A DNA stretch of 53,802 nucleotides from a bacterium (GTDB lineage Bacteria; Desulfobacterota; DSWW01), in NCBI GenBank assembly GCA_015486285.1, contig WFRX01000015.1, positions 1 through 53,802 on the forward strand. The letters are read 5' to 3'. Position numbers and translations under genes: made by a program. This document shows, in pieces, positions 36,398 to 46,341 of this stretch. The notes under the pieces are model-generated. The model had not been told where the DNA came from. It searched no databases and worked only from the letters and a program-made list of their open reading frames with translations. Positions within the stretch are counted from its first letter, which is position 1; every line of letters begins with the position of its first letter.

Positions 36398-37774
36398 TCA
36401 CCGCTCGACGAGCGGAGTCATCCGATCGAGGAATCCCGGGAACGATATATTCATGCATTCGGCGCCGAAGACCCGGCTCGGGCCCTCCGCGGCAAGCGCC
36501 GCTACGATCAGGGAAAGGGCGATTCGGTGGTCCTGCCAGCTCCGCCCCCGAAAGGCCTTGATCTTCCCTCTTCCTTCGATCTCCAGTCCGTCAGGCCTCT
36601 CCACAACGTCGATTCCCATTTCGTTCAAGTTCCACGCCATCGCCGCGATTCGGTCCGACTCCTTCACCCGAAGCTCTGCCGCCCCGGCAATCCTCGTCCT
36701 CCCTTCCGCAAACGCCGCCGCCACGCACAGCACAGGGATCTCGTCGATACATCCCGGAACCTCCTCGGGCAGGAGGGTCGTCCCCTTCAGCCGGCTCGAC
36801 CGGACCCTCAGGTCTGCAACCGGTTCGCCGCAGACTTCGCGCAGATCGTTCATCTCCACGGAGGCGCCCATTCGGTCCAGGACCTTCAGGTACCCGATAC
36901 GTGTGGGATTTACGCATACCCGGCGGATTTCCAGCTCCGAACCGGGGGTAATCAGGGCGCCCACAACAAGGAAAGCGGCCGACGAAGGATCCCCCGGAAC
37001 GTCGATATCCCGGGCGTCGATCCGGCGTCCGCCCCGCAAGATCACCCTGTTCCGCTCCAGCCCGATCTCCGCCCCCATATAGCGAAGCATCCGCTCGGTG
37101 TGATCCCGGGACAGGTACGGCTCCGAAAAACAAGTTTCGCCTTGCAGAAAAAGACCGGCCAGGAGCAGAGCGGTCTTTACCTGTGCACTGGCCACCGGCG
37201 AGTCGTAACAGATAGGACTCAGCCCCCCTCCCCTGATCGCCAGAGGGGCGTATCGTCCGCCGTCTCTCCCCCAAATCTCCGCTCCCATCAGCCGAAGGGG
37301 CTTTACGACCCGGTCCATCGGCCTCTGCCGGAGAGAGCCGTCACCGGTCAAGGTCGAGAACAGAGGCTGCGCCGACAGCAGTCCGGAAAGGAGCCGGATC
37401 GTCGTACCGGAGTTGCCGACATCCAGGACGTCTTCCGGTTCTTTCATGGACGATCGGGCCCGCCCTGTCAACCGCGCCTCCCCGACGGACCCTTCGATAT
37501 CCACCCCGAGATGCTCGAGGCACTGCCATGTGCTTCGTACATCCTCGCCCGGCGACAGGTTCCTGATCTTCATCACACCGGCAGAGAGGGCTCCGAGGAT
37601 CAGGGCCCGGTGGGAGATGGACTTGTCGCCGGGTACGGAAGTCCGTCCGTAAAGACGCCGCACCGGTTCCAGACAGACTGGCGGCCCTTCTTCCGCGGCT
37701 GAAGGCGCCGGGCCGGGGAGAAGATCCTGGGAAGGGTCTCGCGAACTCACCTGCCTCTTCGGGGACCCCTTCAT
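36398..37774 (-). CDS. aroA: 3-phosphoshikimate 1-carboxyvinyltransferase
   Basis: PGDKSISHR, GNSGTTIRL, SAQVK, RDHTE, RVKESDR, DHRIA; ATGA overlap with tyrA. Confidence 0.96.
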   Translation of the reverse strand: MKGSPKRQVSSRDPSQDLLPGPAPSAAEEGPPVCLEPVRRLYGRTSVPGDKSISHRALILGALSAGVMKIRNLSPGEDVRSTWQCLEHLGVDIEGSVGEARLTGRARSSMKEPEDVLDVGNSGTTIRLLSGLLSAQPLFSTLTGDGSLRQRPMDRVVKPLRLMGAEIWGRDGGRYAPLAIRGGGLSPICYDSPVASAQVKTALLLAGLFLQGETCFSEPYLSRDHTERMLRYMGAEIGLERNRVILRGGRRIDARDIDVPGDPSSAAFLVVGALITPGSELEIRRVCVNPTRIGYLKVLDRMGASVEMNDLREVCGEPVADLRVRSSRLKGTTLLPEEVPGCIDEIPVLCVAAAFAEGRTRIAGAAELRVKESDRIAAMAWNLNEMGIDVVERPDGLEIEGRGKIKAFRGRSWQDHRIALSLIVAALAAEGPSRVFGAECMNISFPGFLDRMTPLVER

Positions 37775-38691
37775 TTTTTCCCCTCGAGCAAGGCCGCGCG
37801 GGTACGCCGGCACCGGTCGAAATGCTCTTCCAGCCCTTTTCCGTCCCCGGCGGAGATCATCGCCTTGAATCCGTCCAGCGTGCGGGCAAATGCCTCGACC
37901 GCCTCCAGCAATGCTCCCCGGTTCATCAGGCAGATATCCCGCCACATTTCCGGATGACTGGAGGCGATGCGCGTAAAGTCGAGAAAGCCGCCCGCAGAGA
38001 ACTTTGCCACCTCCCCCTCCCGTTCGTCCTCGGTGTAGATCGTGTGCACCAACGTATAAGCAACGATATGAGGCAAATGGCTGACAAACCCCATAATCCG
38101 GTCATGCCGCTCCGCGCCCATCACGACCACCCTGGACCCGACGGCCTCCCACAGGGCGCGGAGCCGCTCCAGGGGTTCCGGGTCGGTGCGCTCCGTGGGG
38201 GTGAGAATGGTCGTTCGTTCCATGAAGAGGGAAGCGAAGCCCGCCTCCGCGCCGGAGTGCTCCGTTCCTGCAACCGGGTGTCCGCCCACGAACCGCCCAG
38301 GCGACGGCAGGGCCCTCTCCGCCGCCTCTACGATCGGCCCTTTCACGCTCCCCACGTCCGTCAGAATCGTTTCTTCCCCGCATAACGGACCGATCTTCGC
38401 AAACAACTCTACGATGCTCTCAACGGGGGTGGCAAGCACGACCAGCTCCGCATCCCGAACCCCCTTGGCCCAGTCGGTCTCCATACAGTCGATCACACCG
38501 AGGTCGAGCGCTTTCCGGAGATTCTTCTCCCCCCTTCCCAATCCCACAATCTTCGACACCAGCCCGCGCTCCCGGGCCGCACGGGCGAGAGACCCCCCGA
38601 TCAGGCCGACACCCACGACGGTCATGGTCTCAAACAGGGGTTCGGCAACCTGTTTCCGTGGAGGTCCGCAATCCGCGCCCGATCGATTCAT
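37771..38691 (-). CDS. tyrA: Prephenate/arogenate dehydrogenase
   Basis: GVGLIGGS, DVGSVK, GGHPVAGTE, VSHLPH, DFTRIASS. Confidence 0.95.
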   Translation of the reverse strand: MNRSGADCGPPRKQVAEPLFETMTVVGVGLIGGSLARAARERGLVSKIVGLGRGEKNLRKALDLGVIDCMETDWAKGVRDAELVVLATPVESIVELFAKIGPLCGEETILTDVGSVKGPIVEAAERALPSPGRFVGGHPVAGTEHSGAEAGFASLFMERTTILTPTERTDPEPLERLRALWEAVGSRVVVMGAERHDRIMGFVSHLPHIVAYTLVHTIYTEDEREGEVAKFSAGGFLDFTRIASSHPEMWRDICLMNRGALLEAVEAFARTLDGFKAMISAGDGKGLEEHFDRCRRTRAALLEGKK

Positions 38692-39887
38692 GAGCGACCG
38701 CTCTTTCCGGTTTGAGGCCTGTCCCCCGCGTCTACCGGCAGGCCCTGCGGATAGGACCCAAGGAGCTTCAGATCACTGCAGCCCTCCCGGAACGCCTCGA
38801 GGGCGGCGGCCAGTTTCTCGTCGGTGTGATGACCTTCCAGATCGACAAAGAAGATATACTCCCACGGCTTTCCCTTGCACGGCCTGGATTCGATTTTCGT
38901 GAGATTCACGCCATGTTCAGCAAAGGGCTTCAAGGCATGGTACAAAGCGCCCACGCTGTCCTTCAATGCAAACATCAGAGAAGTCTTGTCCCGCCCGGTA
39001 GGCGCTTCATCCCTTTTTCCGATCACCAAGAACCGGGTGTAATTGTGCGGCATGTCCTGGATCCGCTTTTCCAGAACATTCAGATCATACAGCTTCGCCG
39101 CGTAGCTGCTTGCCACCGCCCCGCTGTCCGGTTCAGCGCTGACGATCTCGGCCGCCTTGGCCGTGCTCGGCACCTCGATTATTTCAACGCCCTCGAGGTG
39201 ATCCTCCAGCCAGTTCCTGCACTGTGCGATCGCATGGGAGTGGGAATACACGCGACGGATGTCATCGAGGCTCTCCGACCGGGAAAGCAGATCGAGGCTG
39301 ATTTCGATCATGATCTCTTCGCAGATCCGGACATCGCACTCCATGAGAAGATCAAGGGTGTGAGCGATCACCCCCTCTGTGGAATTTTCGATCGGGATCA
39401 CGCCGTAATCCACCCTCTCCCGCTCCACGCCTTCGAACACGCCTTTTATGTTCTTTTCCGGTATGAACCGGCTCGAGCGGCCGAAGTACTGCAGGCAGGC
39501 CAGATGGGTGAAGGTGGCGCGAGGCCCGAGGAACGAGACCCGCAGCGGTCTTTCAAGAGACAGCGACGCGGACATGATCTCCCGAAAAACGGCACGAAGC
39601 GCTTCGTTCGGAAAGGGGCCCTTGTTTTTCGCGGACAGCCGATCGAAGATCGCACGCTCCCTCTGTGAAGAATAGAAGGCAAGGTTACGGCTCGCCTTCG
39701 CCTTACCGATCTCGATGGCAAGCCGCGCCCGCTTGTTGAGCAGGCCGAGAATCACGTCATCGATGCGGTCGATCTCCGCCCTGAAGACCCCGATCTCGTC
39801 GTCTGAGGCCCCCCTCTTCCGTGCCCTTTCATCCCTCTTGGGGCTTATCGGACCCTTTTTCGCCTTCGTTTTCAGTTTCCTAGCCAT
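38688..39887 (-). CDS. pheA: Chorismate mutase / prephenate dehydratase (P-protein)
   Basis: RAEIDRIDD mutase domain, PIENSTEG, NYTRF, ACT domain NLTKIESRP. Confidence 0.96.
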   Translation of the reverse strand: MARKLKTKAKKGPISPKRDERARKRGASDDEIGVFRAEIDRIDDVILGLLNKRARLAIEIGKAKASRNLAFYSSQRERAIFDRLSAKNKGPFPNEALRAVFREIMSASLSLERPLRVSFLGPRATFTHLACLQYFGRSSRFIPEKNIKGVFEGVERERVDYGVIPIENSTEGVIAHTLDLLMECDVRICEEIMIEISLDLLSRSESLDDIRRVYSHSHAIAQCRNWLEDHLEGVEIIEVPSTAKAAEIVSAEPDSGAVASSYAAKLYDLNVLEKRIQDMPHNYTRFLVIGKRDEAPTGRDKTSLMFALKDSVGALYHALKPFAEHGVNLTKIESRPCKGKPWEYIFFVDLEGHHTDEKLAAALEAFREGCSDLKLLGSYPQGLPVDAGDRPQTGKSGRS

Positions 39888-40048
39888 GATACCTGAGAAC
39901 GCACATGAGAGTTCATCGGAAGGCCCATACGGGAGAAACGTTAGGGAAATTATATGGATAGGATTTCAAAAATCAAGCGACTTCTCAAGCAAACCCCGAT
40001 ACGGTTCAAGTAAATTCTCCAAGATCCCCCATTCTCGACAAACTGCTT

Positions 40049-40975
40049 TTACATCGTTGTCAGAAAGCCGCGAATTGTCACAAGGATTCTCTCGGCCCGA
40101 AATGGGGGTGTCAGCCACTCTACTTTTTCCTGGTTGTAAAACCAGGTAAACTGTCGTTTTGCATATCTGCGGGTATCCCTCTTGAGGAGCCGGATCGCGT
40201 CCGACATCTCCCAATCGCCGGAGACAACCTTCGCCATGTGCCGGTAACCCAGACTCCGCATGGCAGGCAGATCCGGCGAGCAGCCTCGGGCCAGCAGGGA
40301 TCGCACCTCCTCGAGCAGACCGGCACGGACCATTCGGTCGATCCGGCGATGGATACGATCGAATAGCCGCTGCCGGTCCATGGTCAATCCGAGGGTAAGG
40401 GCCTCGTACCGCTCCTCCTGAAAGCGGTGCCGCTCCTGCAAGACAGTGATACTCCGGCCGGTTCGGAGGAATACCTCCAACGCCCTCCTGGCCCGCGCCT
40501 CGTCCTTGGGGTGGATGCGTCCGGCGGCCTCGGGGTCCAGGGCCGCAAGGGATTCATACGCATTGTCGCCTAACGATCTATAATGACGCAGTTTCTCGTC
40601 CCACTTCTTGAAGGTGTCCGCACCCGGATCTTCGAACAGGCCGTGCAGGAGCGCCTTGATGTACAGCCCCGTTCCCCCAACGACCATTGGCAATTTTCCG
40701 CGGGCATGAATGTCTTCGATGGCGCGGTCGGCCTCCTTCTGAAACCGAACCGCGTGAAAAGGCTCGTCCGGTTCCACGCAGTCTACGAGGTGGTGGGCAA
40801 CCCGCCTCCGTTCATCCGCCGTCGGCTTGCCCGTCCCGATGTCCATGCCCCGATAGATCTGCATGGAATCGGCGCTCACGATTTCCGCATTCAGCTCCGG
40901 GGCCAGGCGCATGGCGAGGGAAGATTTTCCGACCGCCGTGGGCCCCACGAGCACGAGGATCTTCTTCGGGTCCAT
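40049..40975 (-). CDS. miaA: tRNA dimethylallyltransferase
   Basis: GPTAVGKS, DSMQIY, GGTGLY, YAKRQFTW. Confidence 0.97.
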   Translation of the reverse strand: MDPKKILVLVGPTAVGKSSLAMRLAPELNAEIVSADSMQIYRGMDIGTGKPTADERRRVAHHLVDCVEPDEPFHAVRFQKEADRAIEDIHARGKLPMVVGGTGLYIKALLHGLFEDPGADTFKKWDEKLRHYRSLGDNAYESLAALDPEAAGRIHPKDEARARRALEVFLRTGRSITVLQERHRFQEERYEALTLGLTMDRQRLFDRIHRRIDRMVRAGLLEEVRSLLARGCSPDLPAMRSLGYRHMAKVVSGDWEMSDAIRLLKRDTRRYAKRQFTWFYNQEKVEWLTPPFRAERILVTIRGFLTTM

Positions 40976-40988
40976 GGCGGGGGCCTTC

Positions 40989-42803
40989 TCAACTCCTGTG
41001 GAACCTCTTTTCGATTTCCTGGAGAGACCAGGAAATCATCACAGGCCGTCCATGGGGGCAACTGAGGAGGCCCGGCTTTTCGTCGAGTTGTTTCAGCAGG
41101 GCCTCCATTTCCTGCGGCTCCAAGGTACGGCCCGCACGAACAACGGAATGGCATGCAATCCGGGCCAGCACGCGGGTACGAAGCAGATCGAACTGGTTCA
41201 CCCGTTCCAGTTCGATCAACTCTTCCGCCACATCCTGCAGGAGGACCCTCGGGTCGGCCCTTCCCAGCATGGCGGGTACCGCCTTGACCACAAAGCTCCT
41301 GCCTCCGTAAAAGTCCGCTTCCAGCCCGAAGTCCCGAAGGGCGGCGAGGTGTTTGTTCAGGCACTCCGCCTCCCGGGGAGGCAATTCCACCACTTGCGGG
41401 ACCAGCAGGGGCTGGCCGGTCACCCCCTCGGCCGCATAGGATTCGGCGAGCCTCTCAAAGGCGATTCTCTCATGGGCCGCATGCTGGTCAATCAGAACAA
41501 GGCGGTCGTTGTATTCGCATATCAAGTACGCGTCCCTGTACTGGCCGATGACCCGGAATTTTCTGAAAAGGGCTTGCGGTTCCGACCCGCTCCCGGTCTT
41601 TGCCTCGACCCGGCCCGCACCGCCTGTGTGGGACAATGGAACGATCCCCTCCCGGACCCCGGGCGGCGTAGGCGCAGGTCCGCGCATCGTCTCCCTGTAA
41701 GGTCTGGCTGTCGAGGGCCCCGGGGGAGTCGGCGGGAAAGGAAGAGGACCCGGAACCGGGCCCGATGCAGCCTCTACCGTTTCCCCCGGGACCGCGGCCG
41801 GCTCAACATGCCAGGTCGGGCCCCTGCCGACCACCTCCGCAAGAGTGGACATGAGTAAATCACGGATATGCCCCGGCCGGGAAAAATGAACTTCCATCTT
41901 GGCGGGATGTACGTTGACGTCCACCTCCTCGTAAGGAACCTTGAAAAACAGTACGGCCATTGGAAACCGATCCTTGGGCAGCAATCCGCGGTAGGCGGCC
42001 CGCACCGCCCGTTGGATCTGCAAATCTCGAACAGGCCTGCCGTTCACAAACAAGAACATGCCCCGCGAGGTGACCCTGTGGAATTCAGAGGGTCCCACAA
42101 GGCCCTCCACGTAATACCCTTCCCTGCTGCCGGACACGGGACGGAGCCCCTCGCCGAGCTCCCACCCGAACAGCTGGGCGACCCGCTGTCTCAGATCCTC
42201 GGCGCGGGGGGCGTTGATCCAGATCTTGTCCGATCGTTTCAGCTGGAAGGACACATCCACCCTGGACAAGGAAAGCCGGATAAAGGCATCCAGGATCTGT
42301 CCGGCCTCGGTCTGCCTGGACCGAAGAAATTTCCGTCTCGCCGGAGTCTTGCGGAACAGGTTCCGGACGATCACGCGCGTTCCCTTCGGCATGCCGATAT
42401 CCTGGCGGACCACTTCCCTCCCGACCCGGATCTGCACCCGGACCCCGAAGTCCGCATCCTCCGTCTTCGTTTCTATTTCCAGGTCCGCAACCGCCGCGAT
42501 GCTTGGCAACGCTTCGCCGCGAAAGCCCAGGGACGCAATCCTGGACAAGTCCTCGTAGGATGCAATCTTGCTTGTCGCATGGCGTTGGAGGGCCAGAGGG
42601 ATCTCCTCGGGCCGCATGCCCGTCCCGTCATCCACCACCTCGAGATGGTCCACCGCATCCTTCCCGACAACGATCCGGATATGGGCGGCCTGCGCGTCCA
42701 GCGCATTCTCCATGAGTTCCTTGACCACCGATGCCGGTCGTTCCACCACCTCGCCGGCTGCGATTTTTTCCGTGAGTTCGCGTGGAAGGACTCGAATGGT
42801 CAT
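40989..42803 (-). CDS. mutL: DNA mismatch repair endonuclease MutL
   Basis: IAAGEVVERPASVVKELMEN, GFRGEAL, DVNVHPAK, DQHAAHER, CPHGRP; start trimmed to MTIRVL. Confidence 0.97.
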   Translation of the reverse strand: MTIRVLPRELTEKIAAGEVVERPASVVKELMENALDAQAAHIRIVVGKDAVDHLEVVDDGTGMRPEEIPLALQRHATSKIASYEDLSRIASLGFRGEALPSIAAVADLEIETKTEDADFGVRVQIRVGREVVRQDIGMPKGTRVIVRNLFRKTPARRKFLRSRQTEAGQILDAFIRLSLSRVDVSFQLKRSDKIWINAPRAEDLRQRVAQLFGWELGEGLRPVSGSREGYYVEGLVGPSEFHRVTSRGMFLFVNGRPVRDLQIQRAVRAAYRGLLPKDRFPMAVLFFKVPYEEVDVNVHPAKMEVHFSRPGHIRDLLMSTLAEVVGRGPTWHVEPAAVPGETVEAASGPVPGPLPFPPTPPGPSTARPYRETMRGPAPTPPGVREGIVPLSHTGGAGRVEAKTGSGSEPQALFRKFRVIGQYRDAYLICEYNDRLVLIDQHAAHERIAFERLAESYAAEGVTGQPLLVPQVVELPPREAECLNKHLAALRDFGLEADFYGGRSFVVKAVPAMLGRADPRVLLQDVAEELIELERVNQFDLLRTRVLARIACHSVVRAGRTLEPQEMEALLKQLDEKPGLLSCPHGRPVMISWSLQEIEKRFHRS

Positions 42804-42849
42804 GGCTCTCTTGTCCTCGGATGCAGCCCGGGGAATCTCACCCATTCCC

Positions 42850-43731
42850 TCAGGGCCTCTCCGCCTTCTTTTCCTGTTCGATCTGATCCCTGCCTCGCCG
42901 GATTCCGTTCTGGATGATGGCGTTGTCGGACCGCCACGTCCTCTGCTCGAACGATCGGTCACGAAGGCTCCGCAGGAATCGCTCCTCCATTTCTTCGAAG
43001 TAAGAACCGTAGATGTGGTAGGAATCCGAGATGTCCACATACCGGCCCACTCGAACAGGTCTTCCCATGCGTTCCGATAGCCGGTCCGCGAGGATCCGCT
43101 GCAGATCGGTCAGGGCATAGATGTTCATGAAAGCGGCCTTGTATGCATCCCGGCTCCTCCAGTGGGTATTCATGTTCAGGAGGAACACGCCCCCCTCCCC
43201 CTCGGCAAGTCGGCACCAAATCCTTTGCAGGCAGGGAGGATCATCCGTCTTCGGGTCCAGGGTCGGCATCCAGGTGATCGCCTGTGCCCGCCGTGAGTAG
43301 GGTGTACGGGAGAGCTTCTCCACCACGTAATCCATCTGCGCCACCCCGGCAAAAGGGCCTTCCTCGCCGCTCACCAGCTCTTCCTGGACCCGGTAGTCAA
43401 ACAGCCTCTTGTGGTAGGTGTAGGTCCACTTGCCCTCCTCGGGCCGAATCCAGTGATCGTGAACCCCTTCCACCACCTCGAGCCGGTACTTTTCCAGGTC
43501 CTCGATCGCCCCGGGGAAGGCCCGGTGAAGGCGGGGTTCCTCAAAAGGCCTTTCGACCACGAGGGTCATCGTTGCATCCAGACTCGGCTCGTCCCCTGCG
43601 TGATCGTACTCGGTAGGGTTCCGTCCCCCCTTTTCCCAGACGGCCAGGACGCTCTTTTCCCAGGCCTCCGGCAAGGTGGCGCCTCGAACAAACAGGACCG
43701 GTATGTTCCCCGAACGCCCGACTTCGCTCAT
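42850..43731 (-). CDS. thyA: Archaeal/methanogen-type thymidylate synthase family protein
   Basis: YTYHKRL, SRRAQAITW, PPCLQ (catalytic Cys), WRSRD, N, SYHIY; lacks the typical E. coli-type N-terminal signature. Confidence 0.75.
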   Translation of the reverse strand: MSEVGRSGNIPVLFVRGATLPEAWEKSVLAVWEKGGRNPTEYDHAGDEPSLDATMTLVVERPFEEPRLHRAFPGAIEDLEKYRLEVVEGVHDHWIRPEEGKWTYTYHKRLFDYRVQEELVSGEEGPFAGVAQMDYVVEKLSRTPYSRRAQAITWMPTLDPKTDDPPCLQRIWCRLAEGEGGVFLLNMNTHWRSRDAYKAAFMNIYALTDLQRILADRLSERMGRPVRVGRYVDISDSYHIYGSYFEEMEERFLRSLRDRSFEQRTWRSDNAIIQNGIRRGRDQIEQEKKAERP

Positions 43732-43915
43732 CTTCTTCTCCCCTCAGCCATCCCGGACAGAGATTCTCCGCATCCCAGGTCTTTAACACACGGGGAGGCG
43801 GGCTGGCAACGACCGCACACCGGCGGCGGCCTTGAATTCGGGTGTTTCCTGTTATACCGTATATCGTTATGCACTGAGGCCCCCCTTTGCAGGGCCCCGT
43901 TTCTCACCGCCTGGA

Positions 43916-45091
43916 TTGAGCAGAGGACTCTTGGAACGCTCCGCTTACATAAGAACGGCACGACGCATCGTCGTCAAGATCGGAACCCACGTGCTGACAG
44001 ACGATCGAGGTAGACTCGCCACGGAGATCTTCGATTCGGTCATCGATGAGGTCGTACGGCTCTCCGAAGCGGGAAAAGAAATCGTTATCGTCTCTTCCGG
44101 CGCCATCGCGGCGGGGCGCGCCCTTCTCGCTCCGGCACACCAGACCGCCAGCATCCCCGAAAAACAGGCCCTGGCGGCCATCGGCCAGACACAGTTGATG
44201 GGTATGTACCAACAAGCCCTGGACCGCTACGGGAAACGGGCTGCCCAGGTATTGCTTACACGCGACGATCTGGGCCACCGTCGACGGTATCTGAACGCGC
44301 GTAATACGCTTTTCAAGCTTCTCCAGTTCTCGGTCGTGCCGGTCGTCAACGAAAATGACACGGTCATGGTAGAAGAAATCAAGTTCGGGGACAACGACAG
44401 CCTTTCCGCCCGCGTGACCATCCTGGTGGATGCGGATATCCTGATCCTGTTAACGGATGCGCCAGGCCTTTGCGCCCGGCACGGGACAGGAGTCCGGGAC
44501 GAAGCTCCGATTCCGTTTGTACAGGAAGTGACCCCCGATCTCCGCCGTCTGGCAAGAGGGCCTTCGGGCCTTTTGGGCACCGGAGGCATGGCCACGAAGA
44601 TCGAGGCCGCACGGATCGCGACCGAGGCGGGCCATCCCGCCGTGATCGCGGATGGGAAAAGGCCGAATGTCATTACCGACATCCTGGAGGGAAGGCAGGT
44701 CGGCACCTTCTTTGCGCCCCTCGAGGATCGACTCAGCCATAAGAAACACTGGATCGCTTACAGCCTCCCCAAGAAGGGGGAGCTGGTCCTGGACGACGGG
44801 GCCGTCCGGGCCATTGTACACAAGGGGAAGAGCCTCCTCTCATCCGGAGTCGTAGAGGTGCGAGGCCGGTTCGACAGCGGAGAAATGGTGGCATGCCTCG
44901 ACAGGGACGGCATCGAACGGGCGCGGGGCATCACACACTACTCTTCGCAGGAAATCCTGCGCATAGCGGGCAAGCAGAGCGGAGAGATCGAGTCCATCCT
45001 CGGATACCGGATTCAAGATGAAGTCATCCATCGAGATGAACTCGTACTGATGACAAGGCAGGGGACCTGCCAGGCAAGGAGGACGGAATGA
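43916..45091 (+). CDS. proB: Glutamate 5-kinase (start uncertain: TTG at 43916 or 43931)
   Basis: [37 protein letters not shown]-terminal PUA domain. Confidence 0.95.
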   Translation: MSRGLLERSAYIRTARRIVVKIGTHVLTDDRGRLATEIFDSVIDEVVRLSEAGKEIVIVSSGAIAAGRALLAPAHQTASIPEKQALAAIGQTQLMGMYQQALDRYGKRAAQVLLTRDDLGHRRRYLNARNTLFKLLQFSVVPVVNENDTVMVEEIKFGDNDSLSARVTILVDADILILLTDAPGLCARHGTGVRDEAPIPFVQEVTPDLRRLARGPSGLLGTGGMATKIEAARIATEAGHPAVIADGKRPNVITDILEGRQVGTFFAPLEDRLSHKKHWIAYSLPKKGELVLDDGAVRAIVHKGKSLLSSGVVEVRGRFDSGEMVACLDRDGIERARGITHYSSQEILRIAGKQSGEIESILGYRIQDEVIHRDELVLMTRQGTCQARRTE

Positions 45092-46335
45092 TCGATGTAA
45101 TCGACATGGCGAAGATGGCCCGCGAGGCCTCACGCCGGCTTGCCGGCATCTCGACCGCGCGCAAGAATCAGGCGCTCCTGACGGCGGCACAGGAAATCCG
45201 GGGGAACGCCGATGCCCTGCGGGAGGCCAACCAACAGGATCTGAGGACCGCCCGGGAAAAAGGGCTCTCCCCGGCCATGCTGGACCGGCTCACCCTCTCG
45301 GACGCGGCTCTTCGGCAAATCTGCGAAAGCCTGGAAGAGGTCACGGCCCTGCCCGATCCCGTGGGCGAGATCGTAAACATGTGGAGGAGACCGAACGGAC
45401 TCGAGGTCGGAAAGATGCGCATCCCCCTGGGCGTCGTCGGGATCATTTACGAGGCCAGGCCCAACGTTACCGTAGACGCCGCCGCACTCTGCCTCAAGTC
45501 GGGCAACGCGGTCCTTCTACGCGGCGGGTCCGAGGCGATTCACTCCAACCTTGCATTGGCTTCCCTGCTGGCCCGGGCCTGCGGAGAGGCAGGCCTCCCG
45601 GAGGCTTCCGTGCAGCTGATCGGAACAACCGACCGGGCCGCCGTGCTCACGATGCTCGAGCAGGAAGAGACGATCGACCTCATCATCCCCAGGGGCGGAG
45701 AAGGCCTCATCCGGTTCGTGGTGAAAAACTCCAGGATCCCGGTGCTCAAACACTACAAGGGAGTCTGCCATGTCTACGTGGACGAGGGGGCCGATCCGGA
45801 CATGGCCGTGAGGATCTGCGTCAACGCAAAGGCTCAGAGGCCCGGCGTCTGTAACTCCACGGAGACCATCCTCATCCACGAGAAGGAGGCGGACGACCTT
45901 CTCGTCAAGATCGCCGCGGCTCTGCGGCGAGAGGGCGTCGAGGTTCGAGGCTGCCCGGCCACGTGCGCCCGCATCCCGGACGCCAAGGCGGCAACCGAAG
46001 AAGACTGGGGGACGGAGTACCTGGATCTGATCGTCGCCGTGAAGGTGGTGGGCGGCATAGAGGATGCGATGGATCACATCCATCGATACGGGTCCCTGCA
46101 CACCGAATCGATCATCACACGCGATTACGGCAGGGCGGAGCGATTCCTGCGGGAGGTGCAGTCTTCTTCGGTCATGGTCAATGCCTCGACCCGTTTCAGC
46201 GACGGCTTTGAATTCGGCCTCGGCGCCGAGATCGGCATCAGCACAAGCAAGCTCCACGCCTTCGGCCCCATGGGCCTCAAGGAGCTGACCACAACGAAGT
46301 TCATCGTTCGCGGCCAGGGCCAGATCAGAGAATAG
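45088..46335 (+). CDS. proA: Gamma-glutamyl phosphate reductase
   Basis: [39 protein letters not shown]. Confidence 0.97.
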   Translation: MIDVIDMAKMAREASRRLAGISTARKNQALLTAAQEIRGNADALREANQQDLRTAREKGLSPAMLDRLTLSDAALRQICESLEEVTALPDPVGEIVNMWRRPNGLEVGKMRIPLGVVGIIYEARPNVTVDAAALCLKSGNAVLLRGGSEAIHSNLALASLLARACGEAGLPEASVQLIGTTDRAAVLTMLEQEETIDLIIPRGGEGLIRFVVKNSRIPVLKHYKGVCHVYVDEGADPDMAVRICVNAKAQRPGVCNSTETILIHEKEADDLLVKIAAALRREGVEVRGCPATCARIPDAKAATEEDWGTEYLDLIVAVKVVGGIEDAMDHIHRYGSLHTESIITRDYGRAERFLREVQSSSVMVNASTRFSDGFEFGLGAEIGISTSKLHAFGPMGLKELTTTKFIVRGQGQIRE

Positions 46336-46341
46336 ACGCAG

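Noticed and set aside
39888-40048. hfq or a Phe attenuator between miaA and pheA
   Set aside because: The gap is only 161 nt; no Hfq-like ORF or Phe-rich leader was found.
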